Positions 37,950 to 47,941 of a stretch of 54,542 bases of DNA are shown here, piece after piece. Below the pieces are notes generated by a model. It was not told the DNA's origin. It ran no database searches and saw nothing but the letters and a program-made list of their open reading frames with translations. Numbering within the stretch: position 1 is the first letter of the stretch; every line of letters begins with the position of its first letter. The position numbers and the translations under genes were made by a program. The DNA comes from an uncultured Succinivibrio sp. (GTDB taxonomy: Bacteria > Pseudomonadota > Gammaproteobacteria > Enterobacterales > Succinivibrionaceae). The stretch is from positions 1 to 54,542 of the forward strand of contig CACYBT010000294.1 in assembly GCA_902772715.1 (NCBI GenBank), written 5' to 3'.

Positions 37950-38558
37950 TTATATTTTATTGACAAATATAATTATATTAAATGGTAAGTTCATCAAATC
38001 TTTTCGGCAGAAATAGGTAACTGTTCCAAAATATTTTTTATTTAGTTCGACATATTCACTTTCTTTTCTGACAAACTGTCCTCGATCTATATCATTAAGA
38101 AACTTCTCAAACCAACTCATTCCTTCACGATAAACACCATCAAAGGAAATGAAGCGACCGTCTTCTTTTAGCAAGCTTCTGATGCTGTTAAAACAGTTCT
38201 CAACCTCTATATCGCTTATATGATGTATTACTGCGGTCATAAGAATAAGATCATATTTTTCATGGCAATTTTTTGCAAATTCATTCACATCTGAACAAAT
38301 AAACTTTGCCCACTTTTTATCTTTAAATCTTTTTTGAGCAGCCTTAATATAATCTTTGTCTAAGTCCACACCTGTATAATCACATTCTTCGAAATATTCC
38401 AGTATATCGGAGGTTCCACATCCCAATTCAAGAACCCTAAGTCCTGATACATCACCTATATATTCATTCTTAAAGATGCGCTGTCTTTTTTTTGCCCCCA
38501 TAATAAATTGAAATGTATCATATATTATTGGAACTTCCAGGATTCTTCTAAAAAACAT
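37950..38558 (-). CDS. Class I SAM-dependent methyltransferase
   Basis: VLELGCGT, GVD, VIHHI and LKEDG motifs; AAGGAG RBS. Confidence 0.88.
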   Translation of the reverse strand: MFFRRILEVPIIYDTFQFIMGAKKRQRIFKNEYIGDVSGLRVLELGCGTSDILEYFEECDYTGVDLDKDYIKAAQKRFKDKKWAKFICSDVNEFAKNCHEKYDLILMTAVIHHISDIEVENCFNSIRSLLKEDGRFISFDGVYREGMSWFEKFLNDIDRGQFVRKESEYVELNKKYFGTVTYFCRKDLMNLPFNIIIFVNKI

Positions 38559-38593
38559 AATTATACTCCTTGGCTCTAATTTTCTTTATAAAA

Positions 38594-38622
38594 AGCATAT
38601 TTTTGATTTGTCTGCCTGTCAA
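38594..38622 (-). promoter_or_regulatory. Sigma70 promoter of the methyltransferase gene
   Basis: Minus strand TTGACA (38622-38617), 17 nt, TATGCT (38599-38594). Confidence 0.75.
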
Positions 38623-38631
38623 GAGTGCTGC

Positions 38632-38657
38632 TTGACATCGGGGGGGGGGGGTAAAGT
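38632..38657 (+). promoter_or_regulatory. Poly-G-spacer (phase-variable) promoter of the acyltransferase
   Basis: TTGACA (38632-38637), TC, G12 (38640-38651), TAAAGT (38652-38657); ATG follows after 7 nt. Confidence 0.7.
38640..38651 (+). repeat. G12 homopolymer tract
   Basis: Twelve consecutive G in an AT-rich background; the only long G/C run noticed in the window. Confidence 0.95.
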
Positions 38658-38664
38658 ATTACAC

Positions 38665-39708
38665 ATGTATAAAGCGAATATTAAAGCAAATCGAGATTCT
38701 AATATAGAATTACTTCGAATTATTTGTATTTTGTTGATAGTTATATGTCATTATTCATATCATGGGGGCTTTAAGAATACAACGATATTAAATCGATATC
38801 TCCTTGACAGTATGGTTGTAGGAGCTCGTATGGCCGTAGACTGTTTTGTTCTTATAACCGGTTATTTTTGTATTTATAATCAAAAACCAATGTATAATAA
38901 ACTTGCGCGGTTATGGGTACATCGATTATTGTTTTCAGTTGTAATATCAATAATTTTTATTATACTTGGACTACGAAAGCTTACTATTTGGTATTCAATA
39001 AACGCTTTATTCCCAGTAATAACTAACCGTCATAATTTTATAACTGTTTTTTTTATACTTTATTTTTTTATCCCTTTTATCAATAAACTATTATTATCGC
39101 TTTCGAAAAAAGAATTTCTTATTTATCTATTTATTTATATAACTGTTATTTCCTTTTTACCCACTTTTTTAAATTGGACAAAGAAAGTTCCAGATGATAC
39201 ATATTCATACCTTGCCTGGATGGTACTTATCTATTGTATTGGCGCCTATATTAGGCTTTATGGATTGCCCCTCTGTGAAAAAAAATATTTTTATGCCTTG
39301 GCTGGGTGTGCGATGTATTGTTTTCTAATATTTATGACTTTAGTAGTTGAACCACGGATTTCTTGGTTACCAAAATATTATACGGCCCTTATGGTAAACA
39401 GTTTTTTTGCATTAATTACCGCTGTTTTTTTATTCTATTTTTTTCTTAATTTGAAGCTAACTAACAAACCAATAAACACTATTGCAGAATCAACTTTTAC
39501 TGTTTTACTTATAGAATCTGACCCATTGGTGCGTAGTGTACTTTATACAAAGATATTCAAATGTGCACAATTTGGAACATCTCCATATCTTGGGTTGCAT
39601 ATAATAATTACAGTCATCACTATTTATACATTTTGTATTCTAGTTGACAAGCTCGTTAAGGTGCTGTTTCTAAACTGGATTTGGAAGAAAATACCCCCTC
39701 TCAATTAA
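38665..39708 (+). CDS. Membrane acyltransferase family 3 (O-acetyltransferase-like)
   Basis: RDSNIELLRI, H, VDCFVLITGYF motifs; multi-pass. ATG at 38665 preferred over TTG at 38608. Confidence 0.88.
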   Translation: MYKANIKANRDSNIELLRIICILLIVICHYSYHGGFKNTTILNRYLLDSMVVGARMAVDCFVLITGYFCIYNQKPMYNKLARLWVHRLLFSVVISIIFIILGLRKLTIWYSINALFPVITNRHNFITVFFILYFFIPFINKLLLSLSKKEFLIYLFIYITVISFLPTFLNWTKKVPDDTYSYLAWMVLIYCIGAYIRLYGLPLCEKKYFYALAGCAMYCFLIFMTLVVEPRISWLPKYYTALMVNSFFALITAVFLFYFFLNLKLTNKPINTIAESTFTVLLIESDPLVRSVLYTKIFKCAQFGTSPYLGLHIIITVITIYTFCILVDKLVKVLFLNWIWKKIPPLN

Positions 39709-41443
39709 AGACACTGAACGCTTTGTTGAACTCATCTTCATCTAGCATTGGCATAGGCTTTGATAAAGGCTTATCATACTCCAACTTAGGACATACCGAG
39801 GTAAGACCATCTATGATATACTCAACAACACAAGTTTTGCTTGCAAATACTTTTTGCATTAATTCCTTGTTTGATAAATCATCCAGAGTAATCCTGTAAT
39901 ACTGCAGGCCATAAGCTTTGGCTATCTTTTCGAACGATGGATTCTGGAATCCGCCTGTTGGATGTGTTCCATAAAACCTGGAGTCAAAATACAATCTTTG
40001 GAACTGGTTGATCATACCAAGGCAGTTGTTATTCATTATTACAACCTTGATTGGAAGTTTATACTGAGAAATCACACCTAATGCTTGTGTGGACATATGG
40101 AAGGCACCGTCTCCACAAATTGCTATTACATTTTTATCAGGTGAAGCAAATGTACAACCTATTGCTGTTGGCATTGAATATCCCATAGGAGCCAGTCCGC
40201 CACTGGTAAAGTACTCCATACCCTCTTTCAATCGTATTGTCTGTGCCGCCCACATCTGATTCTGGCCGATATCTGAGATAACAATATCAGCGGGTTTTGT
40301 ATACTTATTTAGCTCTTGTATAAAAAGATATGGGGTCTTGTTGTCAACAAATCGTGTTATTTCATTGAACTGGTTATAATTGTTCCTTATGCTGTACAGA
40401 AATTGATGCCATTGCTCCATCTGAGATAATTCCATTGGATTTACCTTTGATATCAATTCCCTTAAGAAAGCATCAACTTTACTGTGAACTTTTACTCTGT
40501 TGGGAATTCGATGGCTGTCAAGTTCATTTATATCTTCGTTAACATGAACGATAGTTGCTTCTGGGATAAAAGCATCCAGCCTTGCCCCTGTCTGGCGAGT
40601 ATCCAAGCGGGACCCGAGTACTATAAGCAGGTCTGCCTGGGAAACAGCCATGTTTGCGCTGCGGTTGCCATAGCTTCCGACCATCCCCATATGATATTCA
40701 TAGTCCTCTGTAAGCGCACCGCGCCCCATCAAAGAAGTGACAACTGGCACTTTCCATTTTTTGAGAAGCTCTTTTATCAAGTTCTTCTCTGCAAGGCCGT
40801 TGCATCCGGCGCCCAATAACAACATTGGATAAGATGACTTTTTGATTAGGGGCATTATTTCAGAAAGATCTGGGGTTCCAAGCGATATTTCATCGGCGCT
40901 GAAATGACGGCACTTTGCTGGATTAATATCTCCGCGTTGTATATTCAGAGGAATATCAAGCAAAACAGGACCTTTACGTCCCTCTTGGGCTATATAAACA
41001 GCCTTTTCTAGTTCATAAGGAACTTCTTCGGCTATATCCACTAATTTTGAATACTTTGTAATTGGATTCACAAGATTCGCAACTTCCATTTCTTGAAAAC
41101 CCTGCTGTCTAATGGGTTTGTCATACTTATACTCATAAGTATTAACTTGGCCAGATATATACAGCACTGGAACATTGTCGAAGAACGCATCGGCTATACC
41201 TGTCATCATATTTGTAACACCGGGTCCACTTGAAGAAACAGCACATCCCAAGTTTCTGTTTTCTTTGGCATAGCCTTCTGCCGCTATTGCAGCTGTCTGC
41301 TCATGATAACACTGGATATATTTTATTCCCATATGATTACCTAATGAATCGATAATATGAGTTATCATACCACCCTGGTAACCGAAAACAACATCTATCC
41401 CTTTTGAGTACAGGAAATCTGCAATATAATCTGAAACTTTCAT
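39701..41443 (-). CDS. ThDP-dependent acetolactate-synthase-like enzyme (YerE-like, probable sugar C-branching)
   Basis: HEQ.A..AAEGYA, SGPG.TN, GFQE and the GDGAF...NN ThDP motif; no small regulatory subunit; glycan-locus context. Confidence 0.82.
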   Translation of the reverse strand: MKVSDYIADFLYSKGIDVVFGYQGGMITHIIDSLGNHMGIKYIQCYHEQTAAIAAEGYAKENRNLGCAVSSSGPGVTNMMTGIADAFFDNVPVLYISGQVNTYEYKYDKPIRQQGFQEMEVANLVNPITKYSKLVDIAEEVPYELEKAVYIAQEGRKGPVLLDIPLNIQRGDINPAKCRHFSADEISLGTPDLSEIMPLIKKSSYPMLLLGAGCNGLAEKNLIKELLKKWKVPVVTSLMGRGALTEDYEYHMGMVGSYGNRSANMAVSQADLLIVLGSRLDTRQTGARLDAFIPEATIVHVNEDINELDSHRIPNRVKVHSKVDAFLRELISKVNPMELSQMEQWHQFLYSIRNNYNQFNEITRFVDNKTPYLFIQELNKYTKPADIVISDIGQNQMWAAQTIRLKEGMEYFTSGGLAPMGYSMPTAIGCTFASPDKNVIAICGDGAFHMSTQALGVISQYKLPIKVVIMNNNCLGMINQFQRLYFDSRFYGTHPTGGFQNPSFEKIAKAYGLQYYRITLDDLSNKELMQKVFASKTCVVEYIIDGLTSVCPKLEYDKPLSKPMPMLDEDEFNKAFSVFN

Positions 41444-41467
41444 GCTTTATTATATTCCTCTGTTGGT

Positions 41468-41496
41468 ATTATAGCATATTGGGCGCCGGAATGAAA
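41468..41496 (-). promoter_or_regulatory. Sigma70 promoter of the ThDP enzyme gene
   Basis: Minus strand TTTCAT, 17 nt, TATAAT with an extended -10 TG. Confidence 0.6.
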
Positions 41497-41626
41497 GGGA
41501 GAGGCGGAGAGATACATTTGGTTATGAACCAATAGTGGATTATTTTTGCTTAGGATTGATTAGAAACATTAATTTAATTAAATAAAAACAATGACAATCA
41601 CAGGACATTTTTGATATATTTTATAT

Positions 41627-43221
41627 ATGAATAATAAAAATATAGAACAAACAGCAGTTGCTGAATTAACAAGAGCCCTATCACGTCTCGATTATGTATC
41701 AACAGATTTTAACCAAAATGATAAAACACCAAGCTGGGATGGTTTTATTCTTCTATATAAAAGCAAATTTGACAAAAAATCAGAATTAATAAAAAGAATT
41801 CCCATTCAAATTAAAGGACATTATCAAAAGCCTCCATACGCAAGAGAAATCATCTATTCAACTGAAGTTGCTGATTTAGAGAATTTTTATCAAGATAATG
41901 GTGCTATTCTGTTTGTTGTATATGTCGATGATTCTGGCAATTCCATTATTTATTATAACGACTTAACAAAATTCAAATTAGAAATATTTTGAAAGATAAA
42001 AGTGGTAGCAAATCAGTATCCATCCATTTAAAAGAATTCCCAAAAGATAAAATGGAAGCAGTTGATATTTTTTTCATGTTTACGAATAACATGAGAATAA
42101 CTATTCCCAATAAAGAAATAACTATTTCGGATATAGCAAATGGCAAAATTCCAGGATACGATTCTTTCCAGATGTCTTATTCTGGAATACAATATAAAGA
42201 TGATCCTATGGGGTATTTTTTGAACCACAAAGTAACATTAACTGCGAAAAGTTCATATACTGGAGTTGTTTTGCCTATTACGGGAGATTTTAGCGTTGAA
42301 TCCTTTGCAACGAAAAATAAAGAACCAATATTAATTAATCAAAACACTTTTTATGACTCCTATAATTTAATACGAAAGAAAGATAATGTTTATATTTTGG
42401 AATTTGGAAAAAGTTTTTCTCTTCATTTTCAAAAAATGGAAAAGGAAATTCATTCTAGTTTTAATTTTAAAATCCAAGGAAATTTATCAGAACGCATTGT
42501 TGATATAAAATTTCTTCTTGCTTTTATTTCAAGTAAGGCAATTACATTCGGTAATAAAACTTTGTGTTTTCCCATAGATAAAGAGAATCTTGATAAACTA
42601 GATATAAAATATTATGAAGGCAATTTACATCTTCTAGAATTAACCGATCAACTGTTGAAAAAATTACACATCAATGAAATTCTTGATTATGATAATATTA
42701 CTGAAAAAGACGAAAAGGCTTTAATAATATTAATAAATTCCATCTTGTTTGGTGAGAAATGTGTTAATCCGGCACAAAAAGAAAGCACTTTCTTTAATAT
42801 CACTATTGCAAATATTTCTATACTAATATATGCGCAGAAAGATAATGACAATAAATTTCTTCTATATGTTTTTTTTGCCCCTCAAAATACACTAGTTTTT
42901 GCTGCAGATTTTGATAATGAAGATAAAAAATTTCTCGTCCCAAATGTTTTCTTTTTAAACAAAAATGCATTTATTAGCCTTGACAATATTGATTATGACT
43001 TGATTTTGAATGAAATTAAAAAATCTCAGACATCAGATTCTTTAAAAAGATTCACATACCAGTACATAAATGAAATGATCCAAGGATATCAAAACAGAAA
43101 AAAAGGGAAAACAGCTATGCGAAATTGTATTATTTCTGCTTTAGACTATCTTACCACAATAGATACTGGTTTTAATTATAAAGAGCTGAAAGAGAAATTT
43201 AATGATATTGACAAGAAATGA
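41627..43221 (+). pseudogene. DUF4365-like PD-(D/E)XK nuclease-domain protein, split by one frameshift near 41985
   Basis: N-terminal E...DKTPSWDGFI...IQIKG motif. ORFs 41627-41992 and 41989-43221 join if one A is added (GAA AAT ATT TTG AAA GAT). Confidence 0.7.
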
Positions 43222-43286
43222 GCGCTCAAAAAGCCTTACAAAATAATATTTAAACGCTTATCAATATTAAGATGGCTTTTTTATGC

Positions 43287-43310
43287 GAATTGGGAAAGAA
43301 AAGCCAATTC
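43287..43310. terminator. Hairpin between convergent genes, possible terminator
   Basis: GAATTGG-N10-CCAATTC inverted repeat; weak U-tract. Confidence 0.3.
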
Positions 43311-43332
43311 CTGTTTGGCCTTAATGACATCA

Positions 43333-44994
43333 TTATGCTAAAGGGGCATCTGATATTTCAAGGGAAACATCGGGATGATTCTTCCATAGTCGATTTTCAT
43401 AAAGTTCATACAGAACGGCAGATATGGCTTTGGGACCAAAGACAATAGCGTGCAAACTATCATGCGCCCAAATATTAAGATAATTTGAATATAATTTTCT
43501 CCGTCGTCTTCAATTGCTTCATCTGTTGGATCAATTAATTGCAATACTCTTAATTCTTTCTCCTCGGCAAAGTCTGATAATTTAATAAAATAGCGAAGTT
43601 TATATAATATCTTCATTCCTGTTTTCTGCATTTCTTCGCTTTTTAATTTTTTCATTTCTGATAATAGTTTATAAAAGGAATATTCCAAGTTTTTTTCTTT
43701 TTGTTTACTTTTTGAATTGGGATAACTATTCCATTTGGGTTTTTGTGTATCAAGCGATATCTTTGTCGGCTCTAAATCATCCTCATTGGGATAATAATAA
43801 AGCATATTTTTATTTTTATCATAATATAATATCCAAGCCAATGGTTGGCGATAATCCTTTTTTTCAGATGCTGTCCCTTCTCCGCTAAAAAACTTTTCAA
43901 AATGCATTGTTGAGAAGTCTGTTGCAAAAAATTTCTTGTTAAAAATTAATGAAACCCCAGTACCTTCTTTATTGTCTTTTTCCCATACAACCTAAACATT
44001 GTCAATGAGTTTTTGTTTCTAGAATAAGATGTTTGCATAGCAATATAGCGGTTTTCATTTTTAGAATCAAAAATAATCTTGGGAATATTATTAAAAAAAG
44101 TAACGGCAATACATTTCCCTCAATCTTGTCATTTGCTGCGGCTAGTGATACAAGACGAATAAATGAGTTGTTCTCATCTTTTGACATTTTTTCAAATGTT
44201 TCAATACTTGTATAATGACTTATTTCCTTTACCTCTGCGTCATTTGTTATTATTAATTGAGTCAATATCAAATATTCCCAAAACCAGATTCTTCTCAAAA
44301 TTTTCTTTTCTTCTTCTGTAAAATCTTGTCCTTCAAGCAAATAACAAAAATAACCATCACCTTCAATAAATGTTGATTCTAAGAATGAGGGAATTAAAAA
44401 TTCTGGTTCATAATTTAAAACTGAAGAATACTTAATAATCTCATTAAAAACTTTAAATCTAAAATCTGAACTATTATTAAAATACTGTATTAAATCTTCT
44501 TTCAGTGGCGAACTAGGGTTTTTTGCTTTCAGAAAAGCTTTAATAAGAAGAAAAAACATTCTTCCATAAAATTTTTCTTTGTGGTTAGAATATTCTTTTA
44601 CTAAATCATTAATTAAACAATTTACATCAGAAAAAACGAGAGATTGATTAATGTAGAACACCTGACTTAGCAGGTAAGAATTAATCAGAACTAACTTTGC
44701 TTGTATTTCAAAAGAATGATCATCTTGTGATAAATAATCTTTCAAATATTTAACTGCATCATTATATTTTTTTGCATTGTAATAAACTATACCTTTTGCA
44801 TAACTTGAAAAATAGGTTTCATATTCTTAAACAAAATTTACTGCTTTATCATATTCGCCCTCATGAAGAAGTATACTAATTTTTATAATACAATTATCAC
44901 GAGATGGTTGTTGGGTTATTTCTTTATCTATTTCTTCATGTATTTTTTTATATTTTCCTTCAGAAATTAATTGATTAAATTTTGAATAATCCAT
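43333..44994 (-). pseudogene. TPR-repeat + DUF2971 protein, disrupted by one nonsense codon and three frameshifts
   Basis: Reads MDYSKFNQL... from 44994 with in-frame TAA at 44829-44827. DUF2971-like motifs SLTMFRLYG..GTGVSL, K..DFAEEKELR and IVFGPK lie in successive frames; ends DAPLA* at 43333. Confidence 0.72.
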
Positions 44995-45028
44995 TATCTT
45001 TTCTGTTTATTAAAGAACTAAATTATGT

Positions 45029-45307
45029 CTATTTTATTTTAGTATTATTTTTTATCCAATCCCATGCACTTTTAGGCAACCAGCCATTTGTTGCACCATC
45101 TTTAACGTCTATGATTATAAAACTATCATTCTTTTCAATTTTTGTTTTTAATATATTTGTCCATTCTGCAACATCTTTTTCTGTTATTATTATCCAAAAC
45201 GATTCTAAATAATGCCACCATCCATTAGCTGCTTTAATTGCTTCATATAGTGATTCATAATTAGAACTTTTGTTTTTTAAATCATAAGAAATTATTAATG
45301 TATTCAT
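45029..45307 (-). CDS. Small Cas2/VapD-like ferredoxin-fold protein
   Basis: 92 aa, IISYDL N-terminus, Y..L..AIK, ESFW, D..II and a GWL...WDWI tail; GGAGG RBS; no CRISPR array or cas1 nearby. Confidence 0.65.
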   Translation of the reverse strand: MNTLIISYDLKNKSSNYESLYEAIKAANGWWHYLESFWIIITEKDVAEWTNILKTKIEKNDSFIIIDVKDGATNGWLPKSAWDWIKNNTKIK

Positions 45308-45308
45308 T

Positions 45309-46085
45309 TTAATCGACCTCCTTTAACATAGTTGCAGTCAAATGCCTTGGAGAAATGTCTACCAATCTATTACCCCATTTTTTATCCCACTTAAGGCTAA
45401 ATTTTCTTTTCAAAGAATAACCTCCTTCGCAGGAAACCATAATTGACAATCTTATTTCTCCCCCATGGTATTCTGGGTTAAGTTTGTTATCGCCTAGTAA
45501 ATAAATAATTTCGCCAGCTCCTTCTTCCTCGGTTTTTTCCTGCGATTTCTGTCTGTTCATCAACGAAGCTACCCTTACATCAATTGATGAATATCTTGGA
45601 AGATATTGACACTCTTCTATGCTAATTATTTTTCTTTCCAGCAAGATCTTACTATCACTTTGAGTAAGTGGATTTATAAAAAATGCATCTAAAAATTTTA
45701 CTTTTAAATTTTTAGCATCAACTATTCCATCATTTTTTATTGATATTAATACATCATAGCAATCAGCTTCATTATTACCATTATTGGTGTTTTCTTTTAA
45801 CCGTTCAACAAGTAAAGAAGAATCTTCTTTTTGAGTAATACAAAGTTTTGGCTTACGCCATAAAGAAGTAATTTCTTCCTTAAACAAAGCAACTATTACT
45901 GTTACCAAAGCCAAAAAGGCTAATAAATAATTAGCAACTAAAACCCATCTTTCATAACTAGAAACTTCTTCGGTATTTTTGCTAATCAGAGGAAGAATGT
46001 TCTTTATGGGAAATAACATCCCTAAAAAATAGGCAACAATGGCAACAATAATTATTATAAATATATTTTTTAATTTGTTTCTCAT
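45309..46085 (-). CDS. Hypothetical membrane protein (two N-terminal TMs plus beta-rich soluble domain)
   Basis: Hydrophobic segments at about aa 8-26 and 47-68; AAGGA RBS; own promoter. Confidence 0.7.
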   Translation of the reverse strand: MRNKLKNIFIIIIVAIVAYFLGMLFPIKNILPLISKNTEEVSSYERWVLVANYLLAFLALVTVIVALFKEEITSLWRKPKLCITQKEDSSLLVERLKENTNNGNNEADCYDVLISIKNDGIVDAKNLKVKFLDAFFINPLTQSDSKILLERKIISIEECQYLPRYSSIDVRVASLMNRQKSQEKTEEEGAGEIIYLLGDNKLNPEYHGGEIRLSIMVSCEGGYSLKRKFSLKWDKKWGNRLVDISPRHLTATMLKEVD

Positions 46086-46103
46086 GTTTTTCCTTGGTTT
46101 ATT

Positions 46104-46132
46104 ATTATATCATGGCTATTATTAATTGTATA
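46104..46132 (-). promoter_or_regulatory. Sigma70 promoter for the 46085-43333 operon
   Basis: Minus strand TATACA, 17 nt, TATAAT with an extended -10 TG. Confidence 0.65.
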
Positions 46133-46264
46133 GCAAAAATAATTATAATCTTTTGTTAAAACAGGGGCATCGCGAGAAATATTCTAATTATTGATAATAT
46201 CTTAATAATATTTAGGGGAATTGTGATTCAAGGTTGAAACAATTTCTCAACAGGCATTATAAAT

Positions 46265-47176
46265 CTATAAGCCATCAAAACAATCTTTTAGTTTTTTCTT
46301 TTCTTCTTCAAATTTTGTTATATTGCTTTTTTTCAACTTGTTCAGATTATAAATTTTCCATTGTATTGCCGGCAACTTATCAATATTTTTATAAGGGAGA
46401 CCGGAAAAATCTGCTTGCAAACCAGAAAACTCAAGCAAAAATTTTTTATAGGGAGTTATTTTTTGTTTAATATCTCCTTTTAATCGACTTAAAATATTTT
46501 GCAGATTCTGATAAGAAATGGACTCTTCGGTCATCCCTATAAATTCTTTCTCAAAAATCTCACTATTATCTTTTATATTGCATTCTAATAGCTCATAAAT
46601 TGGTCTGTTATGTTGTAAGAGATAAACCACAAAACAATTAATAATATTTGGGGACAAACCTCCTCTCAATTCATATAGTTTTTTTATATCAAATAAATCG
46701 CGGGGATGTTGTCGGTCTAATGCAGCACATATTTTTCCAGCATATATTTCATCAATAGATAATACCTTCATTTTTGCATAACCAAACCTATCCTGAACTC
46801 CCGTTGATACTTCTTTAATTTCAGGCTCAAGAACTGTTCCTCGCATTACATAATTTGGTTCTATTTTTACAGAAGCCTCGCCATTTGAGCATATAATTTT
46901 CTTCTCATTTCTTCCTAATAAATTGGCATTGAAATTTAAATAATTCAGCTTATCTTTAATTTGTTCTAAGGCTGTATTAATTTTAGTATAAGAAGTTTCT
47001 CGATTTTCAACAGGTAAATAAGTTAAATCCAAGTCAACAGAAAGACGGGGCAAATTCTGATAAAATAGATTAATAGCAGAACCACCTTTTAGCGCAAAAC
47101 ATTCTTAGCTAGAAATTGTTGGCATTACATCAAGGAGAAGTGTAACTTGTTTAGAGTATTCTTCTTTTAATCCCAT
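46265..47176 (-). pseudogene. abiEii: AbiEii/AbiGii-family nucleotidyltransferase toxin with premature stop
   Basis: MGLKEEYSKQVTLLLDVMPTISS*ECFALKGGSAINLFYQNLPRLSVDLDL, with TAA at 47107-47105; K..A..DR.HPRDLFD downstream. Confidence 0.88.
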
Positions 47177-47178
47177 AT

Positions 47179-47934
47179 TCAACCCAACCTTGGTAAGACA
47201 AGACCATATTTTTTATATAGTATTCCACCCTTTTCTATTTCTCTTATCCCCTTTCCAAAATCAATTTTTTTCAAATCAATTGCTTTAATCCATTGTTGTC
47301 CAGACTGTTCTGCAAAACATAAAAGCAACCGTTTTACTTTTATAGAACTGCATTGCTCTAATAGCTGTTGAAGAACTCCTATTCGTAATGATTGTATTGT
47401 CTCTGTAATAGAATATGCTTCCTGTGCGGTTATAACCTTGGGAACAAGATATAATAATTCAAGCAAAGATCTTTCTATATTAGGTACATCAATTTCATAA
47501 TTATTATTTTTATACGGTATTAGACCTAATTTATTCGGTAAAAAATTTGTTAAATGTAAAGAATATTGTCCATTATATGCTATTTTAAACCACGAAGGGA
47601 GTTTTGTTCTTGAAAAAGCAAATAAACATATTTCTTTTGTGGGTTTTAAAAAGTGTATTTTCCCATAAAACATTTTTAAGGCTGTATCTGCTCCTATATG
47701 CACTGAAAGCCTGCAGTCTTTCTGAATAGCATAAAGAGCCCCCAGTATATCGGCTATTTCGGCTAAACGAGTATACGCACCCGCTGAATGGCGCGTAAGC
47801 CATCCCGAATTCTCATATGCCCGCATAAGACTATAACTTACCCCATTTTCTTTCAGTTTTTTTGCAGTCACTATAGTATTTGCTGGTATTTTATTGAGAA
47901 TATCTTTTAAATTTGTGTCATTTTGTGCCATCAT
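47179..47934 (-). CDS. abiEi: AbiEi-family type IV antitoxin / regulator
   Basis: SGWL...GAY, LPSWF, ERSLLELL, LQQLLEQCSSIKVKRL and DFGKG.R motifs; directly upstream of abiEii. Confidence 0.88.
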   Translation of the reverse strand: MMAQNDTNLKDILNKIPANTIVTAKKLKENGVSYSLMRAYENSGWLTRHSAGAYTRLAEIADILGALYAIQKDCRLSVHIGADTALKMFYGKIHFLKPTKEICLFAFSRTKLPSWFKIAYNGQYSLHLTNFLPNKLGLIPYKNNNYEIDVPNIERSLLELLYLVPKVITAQEAYSITETIQSLRIGVLQQLLEQCSSIKVKRLLLCFAEQSGQQWIKAIDLKKIDFGKGIREIEKGGILYKKYGLVLPRLG

Positions 47935-47941
47935 ACTGCAC

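Noticed and set aside
39701-41443. Housekeeping ilvB acetolactate synthase
   Set aside because: No ilvN/ilvH or ilvC neighbours, and the context is sugar biosynthesis, so no gene symbol was assigned.
45029-45307. CRISPR-Cas locus suggested by the Cas2-like protein
   Set aside because: No repeat-spacer array and no cas1 or other cas genes were seen in the window.
44827-47107. TAA readthrough or alternative genetic code suggested by two in-frame TAA GAA stops
   Set aside because: TAA terminates many intact genes here, and one of the two affected genes also carries frameshifts; ordinary nonsense mutations are simpler.
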